Assembly: GCA_012798565.1 (NCBI GenBank)
Contig: JAAZMX010000036.1
Location: forward strand, 1-40,309
DNA: 40,309 nt
From: Candidatus Kuenenbacteria bacterium
GTDB lineage: Bacteria; Patescibacteriota; Patescibacteriia; UBA2196; GWA2-42-15
Reading direction: 5' to 3'
Part shown: positions 24,715-35,530 of the stretch, in pieces
Layout: the number at the start of each line of letters is the position of its first letter
How positions within the stretch are numbered: position 1 is the stretch's first letter
Position numbers and translations under genes: made by a program
Notes under the pieces: model-generated
What the model saw: only the letters and a program-made list of their open reading frames with translations
Databases searched by the model: none
Told to the model about the DNA's origin: nothing

Positions 24715-25398
24715 TTAATTTAATAATTCTTTAGCAAAGTTTATCAAACCCAAATTTCTCTCATAATTCATACGCATTGGACCAATCAAACCCAATACTT
24801 GGCCGTCTTTTTTGGTAAAAATACTGGCACACATCGGTGAAAAATGATTTTCCTTGCCTATCCTGATTTCTGTTTCTTCGATCTGATCAAAAATCCTGTC
24901 TACCACCTCATCAATATTGTCCGCCACCGCAGCAATATTTTGAACTAAATTAAAATTATAAAATTCTGGTTGGGTCAAAAGATTAGACAAGCCGGTATAA
25001 TAAGTATTGTGTCTGCCCAAACAATAAACGGCCGCCACTTCGGATAATTCTGCCAAAACTTTTACTACATTTTTGGGCCCGATGTTTTCTGTCATCTTGC
25101 CTGCATTTTGCTTTGCTTTCTTAATCAAATTTTTATCCTTTTCACTAATCTTTCCTTCGTTTGATAAATAATTTTTAATAAAATAATTAAACCCTCTTTC
25201 TGTCGGTACCCGACCGGCCGAGGTGTGGGGTTGATAAATCAAACCGGCGTCCTCCAGCTCCACCATGTCATTTCTGATCGTGGCCGATGACACTCCTAGA
25301 TCATATTTTTCCGCCAAAAACTCGGAACCAACTGCTCTGGCTGACTCAACATACTCGCGCACAATATTTTGGAATAATTCTTTTTGTCTATCGTTCAT
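24715..25398 (-). CDS. hrcA: Heat-inducible transcription repressor HrcA (short form)
   Basis: 227 aa. N-terminal winged-helix R.ILF.IV.EY...A.PVGS-like block and SSATIRNDM.ELE..GL. A CIRCE operator lies directly upstream. Confidence 0.85.
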   Translation of the reverse strand: MNDRQKELFQNIVREYVESARAVGSEFLAEKYDLGVSSATIRNDMVELEDAGLIYQPHTSAGRVPTERGFNYFIKNYLSNEGKISEKDKNLIKKAKQNAGKMTENIGPKNVVKVLAELSEVAAVYCLGRHNTYYTGLSNLLTQPEFYNFNLVQNIAAVADNIDEVVDRIFDQIEETEIRIGKENHFSPMCASIFTKKDGQVLGLIGPMRMNYERNLGLINFAKELLN

Positions 25399-25424
25399 AA
25401 ATTAAAATTTTTTTACTCAAATAT

Positions 25425-25453
25425 ATTATATCGCACCGTTTAGCACTCGTCAA
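25425..25453 (-). promoter_or_regulatory. Sigma70-like promoter of the hrcA operon, overlapping CIRCE
   Basis: TTGACG (25453-25448), 17 nt, TATAAT (25430-25425). The -35 lies in the CIRCE spacer. A second candidate is TTGACA(25498-25493)-16-TATATT(25476-25471). Confidence 0.65.
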
Positions 25454-25466
25454 GTCTGAGTGCTAA
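25440..25466. promoter_or_regulatory. CIRCE operator (HrcA binding site)
   Basis: Perfect consensus TTAGCACTC-N9-GAGTGCTAA. Confidence 0.95.
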
Positions 25467-25537
25467 TTTAAATATATCACCTCCCAAAATTCTGTCAAAC
25501 CCAATAAGGCATGATTAATTCTAAATCAAAATATCAA

Positions 25538-25635
25538 AAGGCTGCCGATCTTTTCCAGGGCTCAGAAATTCTTTGAGTTTAATCCGAGATGTGTCGGACA
25601 TTGATTTCTGAGCCCGTTTTTTAATCGGCAGCCTT
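25538..25635. ncRNA. Candidate structured RNA: nested double 12-bp hairpin
   Basis: Outer stem aaggctgccgat / atcggcagcctt (25538-49 / 25624-35). Inner stem gggctcagaaat / atttctgagccc (25558-69 / 25604-15). Apical stem tccga/tcgga. T-runs follow on both strands. Confidence 0.35.
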
Positions 25636-25739
25636 CTGACTTAAAATATTAAATTTTAACCCTAAATATTATAACGCCAAAAACAAAACTCGGCAAGAGT
25701 CAAAAATCCCTTTGACCAATTTTGGCCAAAGGGATTTGA

Positions 25740-25931
25740 TTAAATTAAATAATTTGGAGGTTAAAGTCCACCATGGGTGGATTATTAACCATGGATAATA
25801 GCATGACTATAAAAAGGTGTAATGTAAGCTAAAAGCTTTATTACTAAAAATACTAATCAGCTGGTTAAATCCAGTCGAAACCAAATTATAACCAGTAACT
25901 AATATTTAAACCTCCAAATTACTTAATTTAA
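25740..25931. ncRNA. Candidate structured RNA or MITE-like element closed by a ~26-bp inverted repeat
   Basis: ttaaattaaataatttggaggttaaa (25740-65) against tttaaacctccaaattacttaatttaa (25905-31), with one mismatch and one indel. At least three internal hairpins. Confidence 0.35.
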
Positions 25932-26104
25932 CTCTGTTCTAGCTATTTTATTGTCAATTCAAAATATTATAACATATATATAAAATCTTGTCAATAGAAA
26001 ACAACAAAAAATATCTACTTAACCAAAAATTTTAACTAATTTTAGCCAAAATAAAAAACAGACAAAAAAATCAATTTTATCTGTTTTTTATTCTTTATTT
26101 CTTA

Positions 26105-26746
26105 TCAGCACTTTTCCCCTTTCTTGAAATCATGTTTACTGACAATTATTATATAAGCGTAAATAATATGCAAAGTAACCGCCACGTTGCTCACATATAA
26201 AACGCCGTTAGCAAACCCAAAGCTAAACCAGCCCGCCACCAATCCTACCGCCGCCGCATACAATGGCGATTTATAATAATTTAATTTAGCCACTGGCTTT
26301 ATCAGCCAGTCACTCGGCCGATTTTCATTTCTCTGAATTATAACCAATAAATAAACCACTGGCACTGCCAATAAATTATAAGCCAGAGCCTTAACGTTCA
26401 AAAGATCGATCCTGATCATCGCCAAAACTGCCAAAGTATAAACCGCCTGATCAGTCAGCACGTCAATAAATTTGCCTCGATCTGAATTTTGACCGCTATA
26501 TCGGGCTAACGATCCGTCAAAAACATCAAAAATGTAACTGGATAAAAAAATAACCACCGCGCCCGGCAATGAATACTTTACCACCCCAAGTGCAATTACC
26601 GCCAAAGCTACCTTGGCCGTGCTTATTATATTTCCGGTTAACCCCAGCTTATGCAAATAAAACAAGGGTCGCTTTAGCCACCCGTCTTTTGTTTTTTGTA
26701 TTTTTACATTCCAAACTTCTAGCTGCTTATCTAATTTTTCCCACAT
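26105..26746 (-). CDS. CDP-alcohol phosphatidyltransferase family protein
   Basis: 213 aa, polytopic. DVFDGSLAR-x8-G-x3-D-x3-D signature. Confidence 0.85.
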   Translation of the reverse strand: MWEKLDKQLEVWNVKIQKTKDGWLKRPLFYLHKLGLTGNIISTAKVALAVIALGVVKYSLPGAVVIFLSSYIFDVFDGSLARYSGQNSDRGKFIDVLTDQAVYTLAVLAMIRIDLLNVKALAYNLLAVPVVYLLVIIQRNENRPSDWLIKPVAKLNYYKSPLYAAAVGLVAGWFSFGFANGVLYVSNVAVTLHIIYAYIIIVSKHDFKKGEKC

Positions 26747-26750
26747 AAAA

Positions 26751-29492
26751 CTATTTTTCCTTTATCATCAACCCATAATATTTATCTGTTTCTAAATTCC
26801 ATTTTATGCCAAGAGAGCCATTATTTTCACTAACTATCCCTTCAGCGGGCAAATATTCTTCTATAAGCCAACGCCCTTCGAGCTTCAACGCCCCACTATA
26901 TTGGTCACTAGCACTTCCAGCCTGTTTTTGTACTAGTAAACCATAAATAAAACTCTCTTTGTTCTTTACGTTATTCGCTTCTTGTTTGCCAAAATACTTT
27001 TTTAGCAACTCCCAAATATTATCTTTTCCTTCTGGCTCGCCACTATTCCCCTCACCCAACCTCCATGGTAATAAATATTTTAATGTCACCCTTTTGGTTT
27101 GCCCCGGCTCCACAATAAACCAGCTGCCAAAAGATGTTTTACCGAATTCTTCTGTTATTCTCACCCCTGTCTCTTGGTCAATCAAGGTATTTTTTTCCCA
27201 TCTGGTCAAATCGGGATCCGCCTCTACCCCGCTTGTCGCCGTCAAAAACTGGCGCCCTGCCGGCAAGCTGTCAAAACCAACCGCCGATAAGAGCTTGCTT
27301 CCCTGCGGCACATAAAAACGGACATAATCAATATTTATTTGACCCTCAAAAACATCACCCGCCAACCCCTTGTGTTCTTTGGTCAAAATAACCGTATCCA
27401 CGATCTGACCGTCAGACAAAATCTCTACTTGATGTTCAATCTTATTACTCACCACCATATCAGTTTTTCCTCCGGCAATATTAGTATGAATAACCGACAA
27501 ATAATCCTTATCATATTGTTTTACCTTGCCAGACCAACCCAATCTGTCTACCGCTTCCTGATTATTCGCTTTTTTTAGATAAATCAAAATAGCCTTTTGT
27601 TCCAACGAGGTGAATATTTGTTCCCAGGCGCGCATCTTGCTCTCGCCCGTCAAAGACATGGTTTTTTCCATGACCTTGGGCAACAAATCGCCGATGAATT
27701 TCTTCGGCTTATTTTCCTCTTTATTATAATTAAATTCTACCTCTATCTGAGCCGTGCGAGTGAAATTATCACTGTCTACCGTCACCCCGTATTCCGGCAT
27801 TGTGATTGCCCCGGTTAATTTCAATAAGTCTGTCAAAACATCGGGTGTAAAGCTAATCACGCCGTCCACACTAGGACCCCCAGATTTATTATAAAACCAC
27901 ATTATTTTTTCAGCCGAAGCTGGCCAGTCTGGAAACCAGTTGGCATTCCACGGTTGCCAGATTGGCGAAAAGACGTGAAATGGATATGGCGCGTCAACCA
28001 TTGCTGCCAATGATCCTTTTAAATCATAAAACCCGCCGCCCGGTACTTCAATCTTTTTTATTTTCCCCTGGTCAATATCTACCACCGCGTAAGAACCCAT
28101 AAACCCGCCAGTTGGTCGTATCTCTGTATTATTTTGAAAAACAAATAACCATCTCCGCGGTTCATCCACGCCAAGCACCTCTGTGGCTAATTTAGTTAGA
28201 TCCTGATAACTTTCCAGCCAGCTGACTATTATTGGCATCTGGTTTCTCGCCTCTTCAATCTGTCCCTTATAATCAACCAATTTAGTATTTTCTAAATCAA
28301 CCTCCTGCAAAATTACCCCCACCTCCCTGGCTTTGATAAGTGCTTCGTCTAAATTTTTATTTAATTGTTGCCAATCAATTGACGCCTCTGTTTTATTCTC
28401 CACCTTTAATGTATCCCCCTCCATTGCTGTTTTTACTTGTTGGTAATCAACTTGTCCGGCCATATTACCAAGCGCCTTGCCTGTTTCCACCAAAAGCCGC
28501 CCAATCTCCGCTGATCTTATCGCCACCTCCAAAAGCTGTTTACCAGCCTTAACGTCAGGCACTAAAACTGAAGCCCCGTTGGCCGCCAATCCCAATTCTT
28601 TAAATCTTGCCTGAGCGCTGGCGAATTCCTGCCCCGCCAAAATAAATTCCTTATCCACTTCGTCTAAATTAAAATCCTTGGCGACCGTTCCTATGCTTGC
28701 TAAATGGCCTATACCTGATTCTGAAGCGCCCAGCACCTCGCCCTTGACCTGCTCTGCCTTTTGATAAAATAAATAACCCTGCAGTGGTAAAATTAAAAGC
28801 AATGCCACGCTCGCAAAAGCCAACACCGGCCGAAATCGTCTATAACCAATACTGCCCCTGGACACCATTTCGATCTCTTCATTCACCACTGCCACCGGCT
28901 CCAGCTCTTTCTCCTTTGTTAGTAGCCAGCTCAAATCACCAAAAAGATAAACAAAAATAGCATAAAAAGCTTTACCTATAGCCTGAAACAAAATTATTAC
29001 TCCTTTAATAAACTGATAGACCAAATCAGCTATTCCAATTACTGATTTGCCTACCACTGTGGTTGTCCCAACCGCTATGGCCAAAACCGCCCTGAATGGC
29101 CAGAGAAATATCTTGCCCATGGCCAGCCAAAATAAATTCCATTTTGTCTCCCGCAATTTTGGCGCCTTGGTCCATTCTATTATTTTTTGCGCTTGCAGTT
29201 TCTCCTCATTAAAAATAATACCTGAATCACGTTGATAGCTATTAATGTTCGCCTCATCATCTCTATGCCAAAAATCAAAATTTTGGCTCATCTCTCTTGG
29301 TTTATAACCACTATAATAATCACTAACATCCTCTTCTTTTTTTTCTTGTACTTTCACCGTCTGCTCCAAAATCATCTTTTCCTTTTCTTCTTTTTCTTTC
29401 AGCAAAAACTCCCAGGACAATTTCTCCAATTCCTGTTGTAGTTCGTCGCCAAATAATTTTTGGCTGTTTTTATCTACGTTTTCCTCGTTCAT
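26751..29492 (-). CDS. Large membrane-anchored DUF4012-like protein
   Basis: About 913 aa from the ATG at 29492 (the ORF is open to a GTG at 29543). TM segments, then a RPTGGFMGSYAVVD motif recalled as characteristic of DUF4012. Confidence 0.65.
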   Translation of the reverse strand: MNEENVDKNSQKLFGDELQQELEKLSWEFLLKEKEEKEKMILEQTVKVQEKKEEDVSDYYSGYKPREMSQNFDFWHRDDEANINSYQRDSGIIFNEEKLQAQKIIEWTKAPKLRETKWNLFWLAMGKIFLWPFRAVLAIAVGTTTVVGKSVIGIADLVYQFIKGVIILFQAIGKAFYAIFVYLFGDLSWLLTKEKELEPVAVVNEEIEMVSRGSIGYRRFRPVLAFASVALLLILPLQGYLFYQKAEQVKGEVLGASESGIGHLASIGTVAKDFNLDEVDKEFILAGQEFASAQARFKELGLAANGASVLVPDVKAGKQLLEVAIRSAEIGRLLVETGKALGNMAGQVDYQQVKTAMEGDTLKVENKTEASIDWQQLNKNLDEALIKAREVGVILQEVDLENTKLVDYKGQIEEARNQMPIIVSWLESYQDLTKLATEVLGVDEPRRWLFVFQNNTEIRPTGGFMGSYAVVDIDQGKIKKIEVPGGGFYDLKGSLAAMVDAPYPFHVFSPIWQPWNANWFPDWPASAEKIMWFYNKSGGPSVDGVISFTPDVLTDLLKLTGAITMPEYGVTVDSDNFTRTAQIEVEFNYNKEENKPKKFIGDLLPKVMEKTMSLTGESKMRAWEQIFTSLEQKAILIYLKKANNQEAVDRLGWSGKVKQYDKDYLSVIHTNIAGGKTDMVVSNKIEHQVEILSDGQIVDTVILTKEHKGLAGDVFEGQINIDYVRFYVPQGSKLLSAVGFDSLPAGRQFLTATSGVEADPDLTRWEKNTLIDQETGVRITEEFGKTSFGSWFIVEPGQTKRVTLKYLLPWRLGEGNSGEPEGKDNIWELLKKYFGKQEANNVKNKESFIYGLLVQKQAGSASDQYSGALKLEGRWLIEEYLPAEGIVSENNGSLGIKWNLETDKYYGLMIKEK

Positions 29493-29576
29493 TTTTCCTA
29501 ATCTAAAATTTCCTCGACCCTTTTGGTCCAGTCTTTTCCACACCTTTATTTTAGCACTTTTTTAAATAAAAATAAA

Positions 29577-29604
29577 AAGCAGTTAAACTTCATGTTAACT
29601 GCTT
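29577..29604 (-). terminator. Rho-independent terminator of the atp operon
   Basis: Stem aagcagttaa / ttaactgctt, followed on the minus strand by tttttattttt. Confidence 0.7.
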
Positions 29605-29620
29605 CTAAAAAACTTAGTCT

Positions 29621-30067
29621 TTAATTGTCAATTACTGTTCCCTTCTGGCTTCGGTGTCTTCTCGCCACTCGGAGTCTGGCCAATTCTCTCTGCAATTTAG
29701 CCGCCACCGCCGCGTAATCTTCAGCGTCTTCTCTCTTTTCTTTTAACAAATCTTCTGCTCGCTTTCTGGCCTCTTCCGCTCTTGCTTCATCAATTTCCTC
29801 AAAATGCTCTGCGGTGTCGGCCAAAACCACCACCTGATTATCTCCTTTTACTTCTGCCAATCCCCCAGAAATCGCCAAATAGTTCTCTTTTCCCTCTTTT
29901 CTAGTAATAACCTCGCCAGATTCTATAGACGATATCAAAGGAATATGATTAGGCAAAACTGTAATTTGTCCCATCTTGGTCGGCAGACTCACGCTATCGA
30001 CTTCATCACTAAAAACTACCCTTTCCGGCGTGGTTATTTCAAAATGTATTTTCTTATTCTCATTCAT
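29621..30067 (-). CDS. atpC: F1 ATP synthase epsilon subunit
   Basis: 148 aa. Beta-sandwich N-terminal domain plus a helical C-terminus. Last gene of the atp operon. Confidence 0.9.
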   Translation of the reverse strand: MNENKKIHFEITTPERVVFSDEVDSVSLPTKMGQITVLPNHIPLISSIESGEVITRKEGKENYLAISGGLAEVKGDNQVVVLADTAEHFEEIDEARAEEARKRAEDLLKEKREDAEDYAAVAAKLQRELARLRVARRHRSQKGTVIDN

Positions 30068-30168
30068 AAAATAAAATTAGCAATGAAATAATTTGCTGAC
30101 AAAACAATCAATCATTAAAACTTCTGCGTCAATTCTATATCTCTCTGGTTTCCGCGTATGCTACGTGG

Positions 30169-31572
<1,404 letters not shown>

Positions 31573-31609
31573 TTATAAGTTATCTATTTATAATAAATTA
31601 ATATTTAAA

Positions 31610-32530
31610 TTAATCTGCGCTGCTCATGGCCGCTTTGGTGCCAGAAATTTCAGCGATTTCTTGGGTAATGCCAGCCTGTCTTGCCTGGTTATAAGCCAAG
31701 GTAAGATCACCAATCAGATCATGGGCCGCCTCAGTCGCATTTTTCATCGCCACCATCCTGGCTGAATGTTCCGAAGCGTCAGATTCCAAAACGGCCTGAT
31801 AAATCTGGGTTTCTATTAACCTCGGCAATGTTTTTTCTAAAACGCTTTCAGCGTTTGGCTCAAATAAATATTCCCGCAAATCTTCGGGTGTTTCCGTGCT
31901 CTTGCTGTCAGTCTCTCCCACTGCGCCCAAGGCGACATCCCTCTCTTTCGTTATAGGTAAAAGCTGTTTAATCCTTGCTGTTTGTTTCAGTGATGAAATA
32001 TAATCAGTATAAGCCAAAATCACTCGATCATATTTTTTTTCCCGATAACCGTCAATCACCATTTTTGATAAAGCATAAATCTCTTCCACCTTAAGTGTCA
32101 CGTCAGGTTTTTCAAACTCTGCCACTGCTTCCTGCTTGTATTTCCAAACAATATCCTTTGATTTTTTTCCCAACAGTATAAATTCTATTCTCGGCTTCTC
32201 GCCAGAAGACTGCTCCAAAGCATATTTATATGCGCTGGCTACTATTTGGGTGTTAAAAGATCCGCACAAACCGCGGTTTGACGCTATCAAAACTACCGCT
32301 ATTTTTTTTACCGGCCTTTCCCGCAATAAGTCATGGTGCGCTCTATTCGTTCTCTTTGACAAATCGCTCACAATCTCCCAGGCCAAATTGGCATAACTGC
32401 GGCTGGCAAGCATATGATCCACAGCCTTGCGCATTTTAACAGCCGAAACCATCTCCATCGCCTTGGTGATTTTACCGGTGCTTTTAATCGATCTTATTCT
32501 TCTTTTTATTTCACGTGACGCTTGAGCCAT
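31610..32530 (-). CDS. atpG: F1 ATP synthase gamma subunit
   Basis: 306 aa. N-terminal I..RI.S...T.KITKAM.MV and a C-terminal ITQEI.EI motif. Confidence 0.93.
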   Translation of the reverse strand: MAQASREIKRRIRSIKSTGKITKAMEMVSAVKMRKAVDHMLASRSYANLAWEIVSDLSKRTNRAHHDLLRERPVKKIAVVLIASNRGLCGSFNTQIVASAYKYALEQSSGEKPRIEFILLGKKSKDIVWKYKQEAVAEFEKPDVTLKVEEIYALSKMVIDGYREKKYDRVILAYTDYISSLKQTARIKQLLPITKERDVALGAVGETDSKSTETPEDLREYLFEPNAESVLEKTLPRLIETQIYQAVLESDASEHSARMVAMKNATEAAHDLIGDLTLAYNQARQAGITQEIAEISGTKAAMSSAD

Positions 32531-32541
32531 ATAAACTTAAA

Positions 32542-34062
32542 TTATTTCTGAAAAGTCTTATTAAATTCCGTTACGGCTTTATTTAATGCTTCTTTTATCT
32601 TATCAGTGAAACCCTCAGGCTCTGTTAGCCCAGACATTTCTTTTTTATAATTATTATTACAATATTTGACAAAACCCGCTTCCCATTCTTTGATTTTTTC
32701 TACTGATATCTCATTGATCAAACCATTGACCGCCGCGTATAAAACAACCACCTGTTCCACTACCGGCATTGGTTCGTATTGCCCTTGCTTTAATATTTCC
32801 GACAACCGTTTGCCCAGTTCCAATCTTTTCTTGGTCTCCACGTCCAAGTCCGAACTGAATTGGGCAAAAGCTTCCAATTCTCTAAATTGCGCCAAGTCAA
32901 TGCGTAATTTACCAGCGACCTGTTTCATGGCCTTAATTTGAGCTGCCGAACCAACCCGCGACACTGATAAACCAATATTCAAGGCCGGCCGCACGCCTTG
33001 ATAAAACAAATCAGATTCCAAATAAATCTGGCCATCTGTAATAGAAATTACGTTAGTAGGGATATAAGCAGAAACATCACCAGCTTGAGTTTCGATAATC
33101 GGCAAAGCCGTCAATGAGCCACCACCAAAATCAGCATTCAATTTGGCCGAACGCTCCAAAAGCCTAGAATGTAAATAAAAAATATCACCCGGGTAAGCCT
33201 CGCGGCCCGGTGGCCGGCGCAGCAATAATGAAATCTCGCGATACGCCCAAGCGTGTTTGGACAAATCGTCATAAACAACCAAAACATCTTTGCCTTTATC
33301 CATGAAATATTCGCCCATAGCGCAACCAGCGTATGGCGCGATATATGACAATGAGGCTGGGTCTGAAGCGCCGGCTACCACCACTATAGTATTATCCATT
33401 GCCCCACGGCTCTGGAGTTCGGCTACAATTTTGGCTACCTTGGACTCTTTTTGACCAATCGCCACATAAATACAAATAACTCCCTTGTCCCGTTGATTGA
33501 TAATCGTATCAATAGCAATGGCGGTTTTTCCCGTCTGTCGATCGCCGATAATTAATTCTCTTTGACCGCGACCAATTGGTATCAGGGCGTCTATTGCTTT
33601 TAATCCGGTCTGGATAGGTTTATTCACTGATTGTCTGGTGATCACCCCTGGAGCAATTTTTTCCACCGGATAAAAAGTATCACTCTTAATTGCCCCCTTG
33701 CCATCCACTGCTTGACCCAAAGGGTTGACTACTCGGCCAATCATCTTGTCTCCCACTGGCACTTCCAAAATTTTACCCGTTGCATAAGCCAAGTCGCCCT
33801 CTTGAATCGCGTTGGCTTCACCCAAGATCATGGCTCCGACTGTTCCTTCATTAAGATTCAAGGCCACCCCCAAAACCGCTTCCTGATTATTCTTCCTAAA
33901 TTCAATCATTTCCGACATCTTCACCTGATTCAAGCCGGTCAAGCGGACTATACCATCACCCACTTCCATCACTCGCCCCACTTGCTCTTCTTGGGTCTCG
34001 GCCCGAAAATCAGCCAACTGTTGACGCAATTCTTTTAATATTTCTTCTTTGTTTATTTTCAT
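32542..34062 (-). CDS. atpA: F1 ATP synthase alpha subunit
   Basis: 506 aa. Walker A GDRQTGKT. Confidence 0.97.
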   Translation of the reverse strand: MKINKEEILKELRQQLADFRAETQEEQVGRVMEVGDGIVRLTGLNQVKMSEMIEFRKNNQEAVLGVALNLNEGTVGAMILGEANAIQEGDLAYATGKILEVPVGDKMIGRVVNPLGQAVDGKGAIKSDTFYPVEKIAPGVITRQSVNKPIQTGLKAIDALIPIGRGQRELIIGDRQTGKTAIAIDTIINQRDKGVICIYVAIGQKESKVAKIVAELQSRGAMDNTIVVVAGASDPASLSYIAPYAGCAMGEYFMDKGKDVLVVYDDLSKHAWAYREISLLLRRPPGREAYPGDIFYLHSRLLERSAKLNADFGGGSLTALPIIETQAGDVSAYIPTNVISITDGQIYLESDLFYQGVRPALNIGLSVSRVGSAAQIKAMKQVAGKLRIDLAQFRELEAFAQFSSDLDVETKKRLELGKRLSEILKQGQYEPMPVVEQVVVLYAAVNGLINEISVEKIKEWEAGFVKYCNNNYKKEMSGLTEPEGFTDKIKEALNKAVTEFNKTFQK

Positions 34063-34074
34063 AAAACTATTAGA

Positions 34075-34485
34075 TTACTGTATTAAACTATTTTTTAAAT
34101 TAATAATTTGCTTTTTAATTGTTCCGTCCAAAAACAAATCTTCCGTCAATATCTTCACTCCGCCCAAAACCGCCGGCTCAACTGTTTCTTTTATTTCCCA
34201 ATTTTTAATCTCCGGTTTTGTTTTTTTCAAATAATCTTTTATCGTCCGCAATGTTTCCTCATCGAGCCGCCTTGCTGTCACCACTTCGGCTGCCAGCGTC
34301 TCCTCTTTTTTCTGACAATAAATCTCAAATGACCTGATAATATTTTCTATCTTGCCCAGATCTCCCTGACTGTCAACTAAACACAAAAAACCGTACAAGA
34401 GTTGCTCCGATTTCTTGTTTTTATTTCTTTCCTCTGTTAATAACGCGTAAAGCAATTGCGCGTATTCGTTTAATTTAACTTTCAT
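34075..34485 (-). CDS. atpH: F1 ATP synthase delta subunit (short)
   Basis: 136 aa. Position between atpF and atpA. C-terminal GG..I......DGT pattern. Confidence 0.75.
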   Translation of the reverse strand: MKVKLNEYAQLLYALLTEERNKNKKSEQLLYGFLCLVDSQGDLGKIENIIRSFEIYCQKKEETLAAEVVTARRLDEETLRTIKDYLKKTKPEIKNWEIKETVEPAVLGGVKILTEDLFLDGTIKKQIINLKNSLIQ

Positions 34486-35026
34486 TCTGATCTAATATTC
34501 TTTTGATAATTTTCTTGTCAGCCTTCTCTCCCAGCTGTTCGGGAATAATTTTTTGCAAAGCTTGGCCCACCAATTCCGCCACTTCCGTCTTTATTTCCTT
34601 GGCAATTTTATCCTTGTCTTCGGCTAGTCGCTGCCGGGCCATCTCCAACTGTTTATTAATCCGCTCTTCCGCTTCCTGAATCATTTTGCTCTTGTTTTCT
34701 CCGGCTTCTTTTTCCGCTCTCTCCAAAATCACTGCCGCTTCTGTCCTGGCTTCGGTCAAAAGTTCTTCTTGCTGTTCTTTGGTTGCCATCAAACGCTCTT
34801 CGATTTCTTTGGCTTCCTTCAGACCTTTTTCTATTTTCTTGCTACGCTCATTTAATGTCTTGACAAGTGGTTTGTAAACCCATTTCCACAAAACAAAAAG
34901 TACCAACCCAAAATTGATCAGCTGGGCGAGAAACAACTTCCAATCTATACCCAGCACCTGCGTCAATGATTGATTATGATTGGCTTCTTCGGCCGCTTGA
35001 GCGATGTTAATCAAGTGAATCATCAT
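34475..35026 (-). CDS. atpF: Fo ATP synthase subunit b
   Basis: One TM helix followed by a long charged helix. Start placed at the ATG pair 35026/35023. The upstream ORF extension overlaps the post-atpE hairpin region. Confidence 0.8.
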   Translation of the reverse strand: MMIHLINIAQAAEEANHNQSLTQVLGIDWKLFLAQLINFGLVLFVLWKWVYKPLVKTLNERSKKIEKGLKEAKEIEERLMATKEQQEELLTEARTEAAVILERAEKEAGENKSKMIQEAEERINKQLEMARQRLAEDKDKIAKEIKTEVAELVGQALQKIIPEQLGEKADKKIIKRILDQNES

Positions 35027-35176
35027 ATAAAATAAATTTATTTGGCAGACAATAAAATAATTCTTCCTTCCTTTCTTTTGCCATTTACCCTTTTCAGCCT
35101 TAGGCTGATCCGCCTTCCACAAATATGTACTATCTCTGTGGCGCTCGGCGGAGACTTTTGAATTATTTTCTTGTCT

Positions 35177-35201
35177 GCCGCTTTCTTAAAAAAGAAAGCG
35201 G
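35177..35201 (-). promoter_or_regulatory. Intercistronic stem-loop just downstream of atpE
   Basis: 11-bp stem gccgctttctt / aagaaagcggc with a 3-nt loop, 10 nt after the atpE stop. No U-tract. Confidence 0.5.
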
Positions 35202-35211
35202 CACCCTCTTT

Positions 35212-35502
<291 letters not shown>

Positions 35503-35530
35503 CTAATAGGTCAATTAATAATTAAAATAA

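Noticed and set aside
25511-25576. A 21-codon ORF (MINSKSKYQKAADLFQGSEIL) running into the 5' arms of the nested hairpin, considered as a third attenuator leader peptide
   Set aside because: It has no run of a single amino acid, no convincing promoter or SD, and no downstream gene on that strand.
25757-25769. gaggttaaagtcc resembles the RNase P RNA CR-I motif GAGGAAAGUCC
   Set aside because: No complementary P4 3' strand (CCGGCUU-like) or other conserved RNase P regions are present. The element is about 190 nt, and the motif instead pairs with the 3' arm of the inverted repeat.
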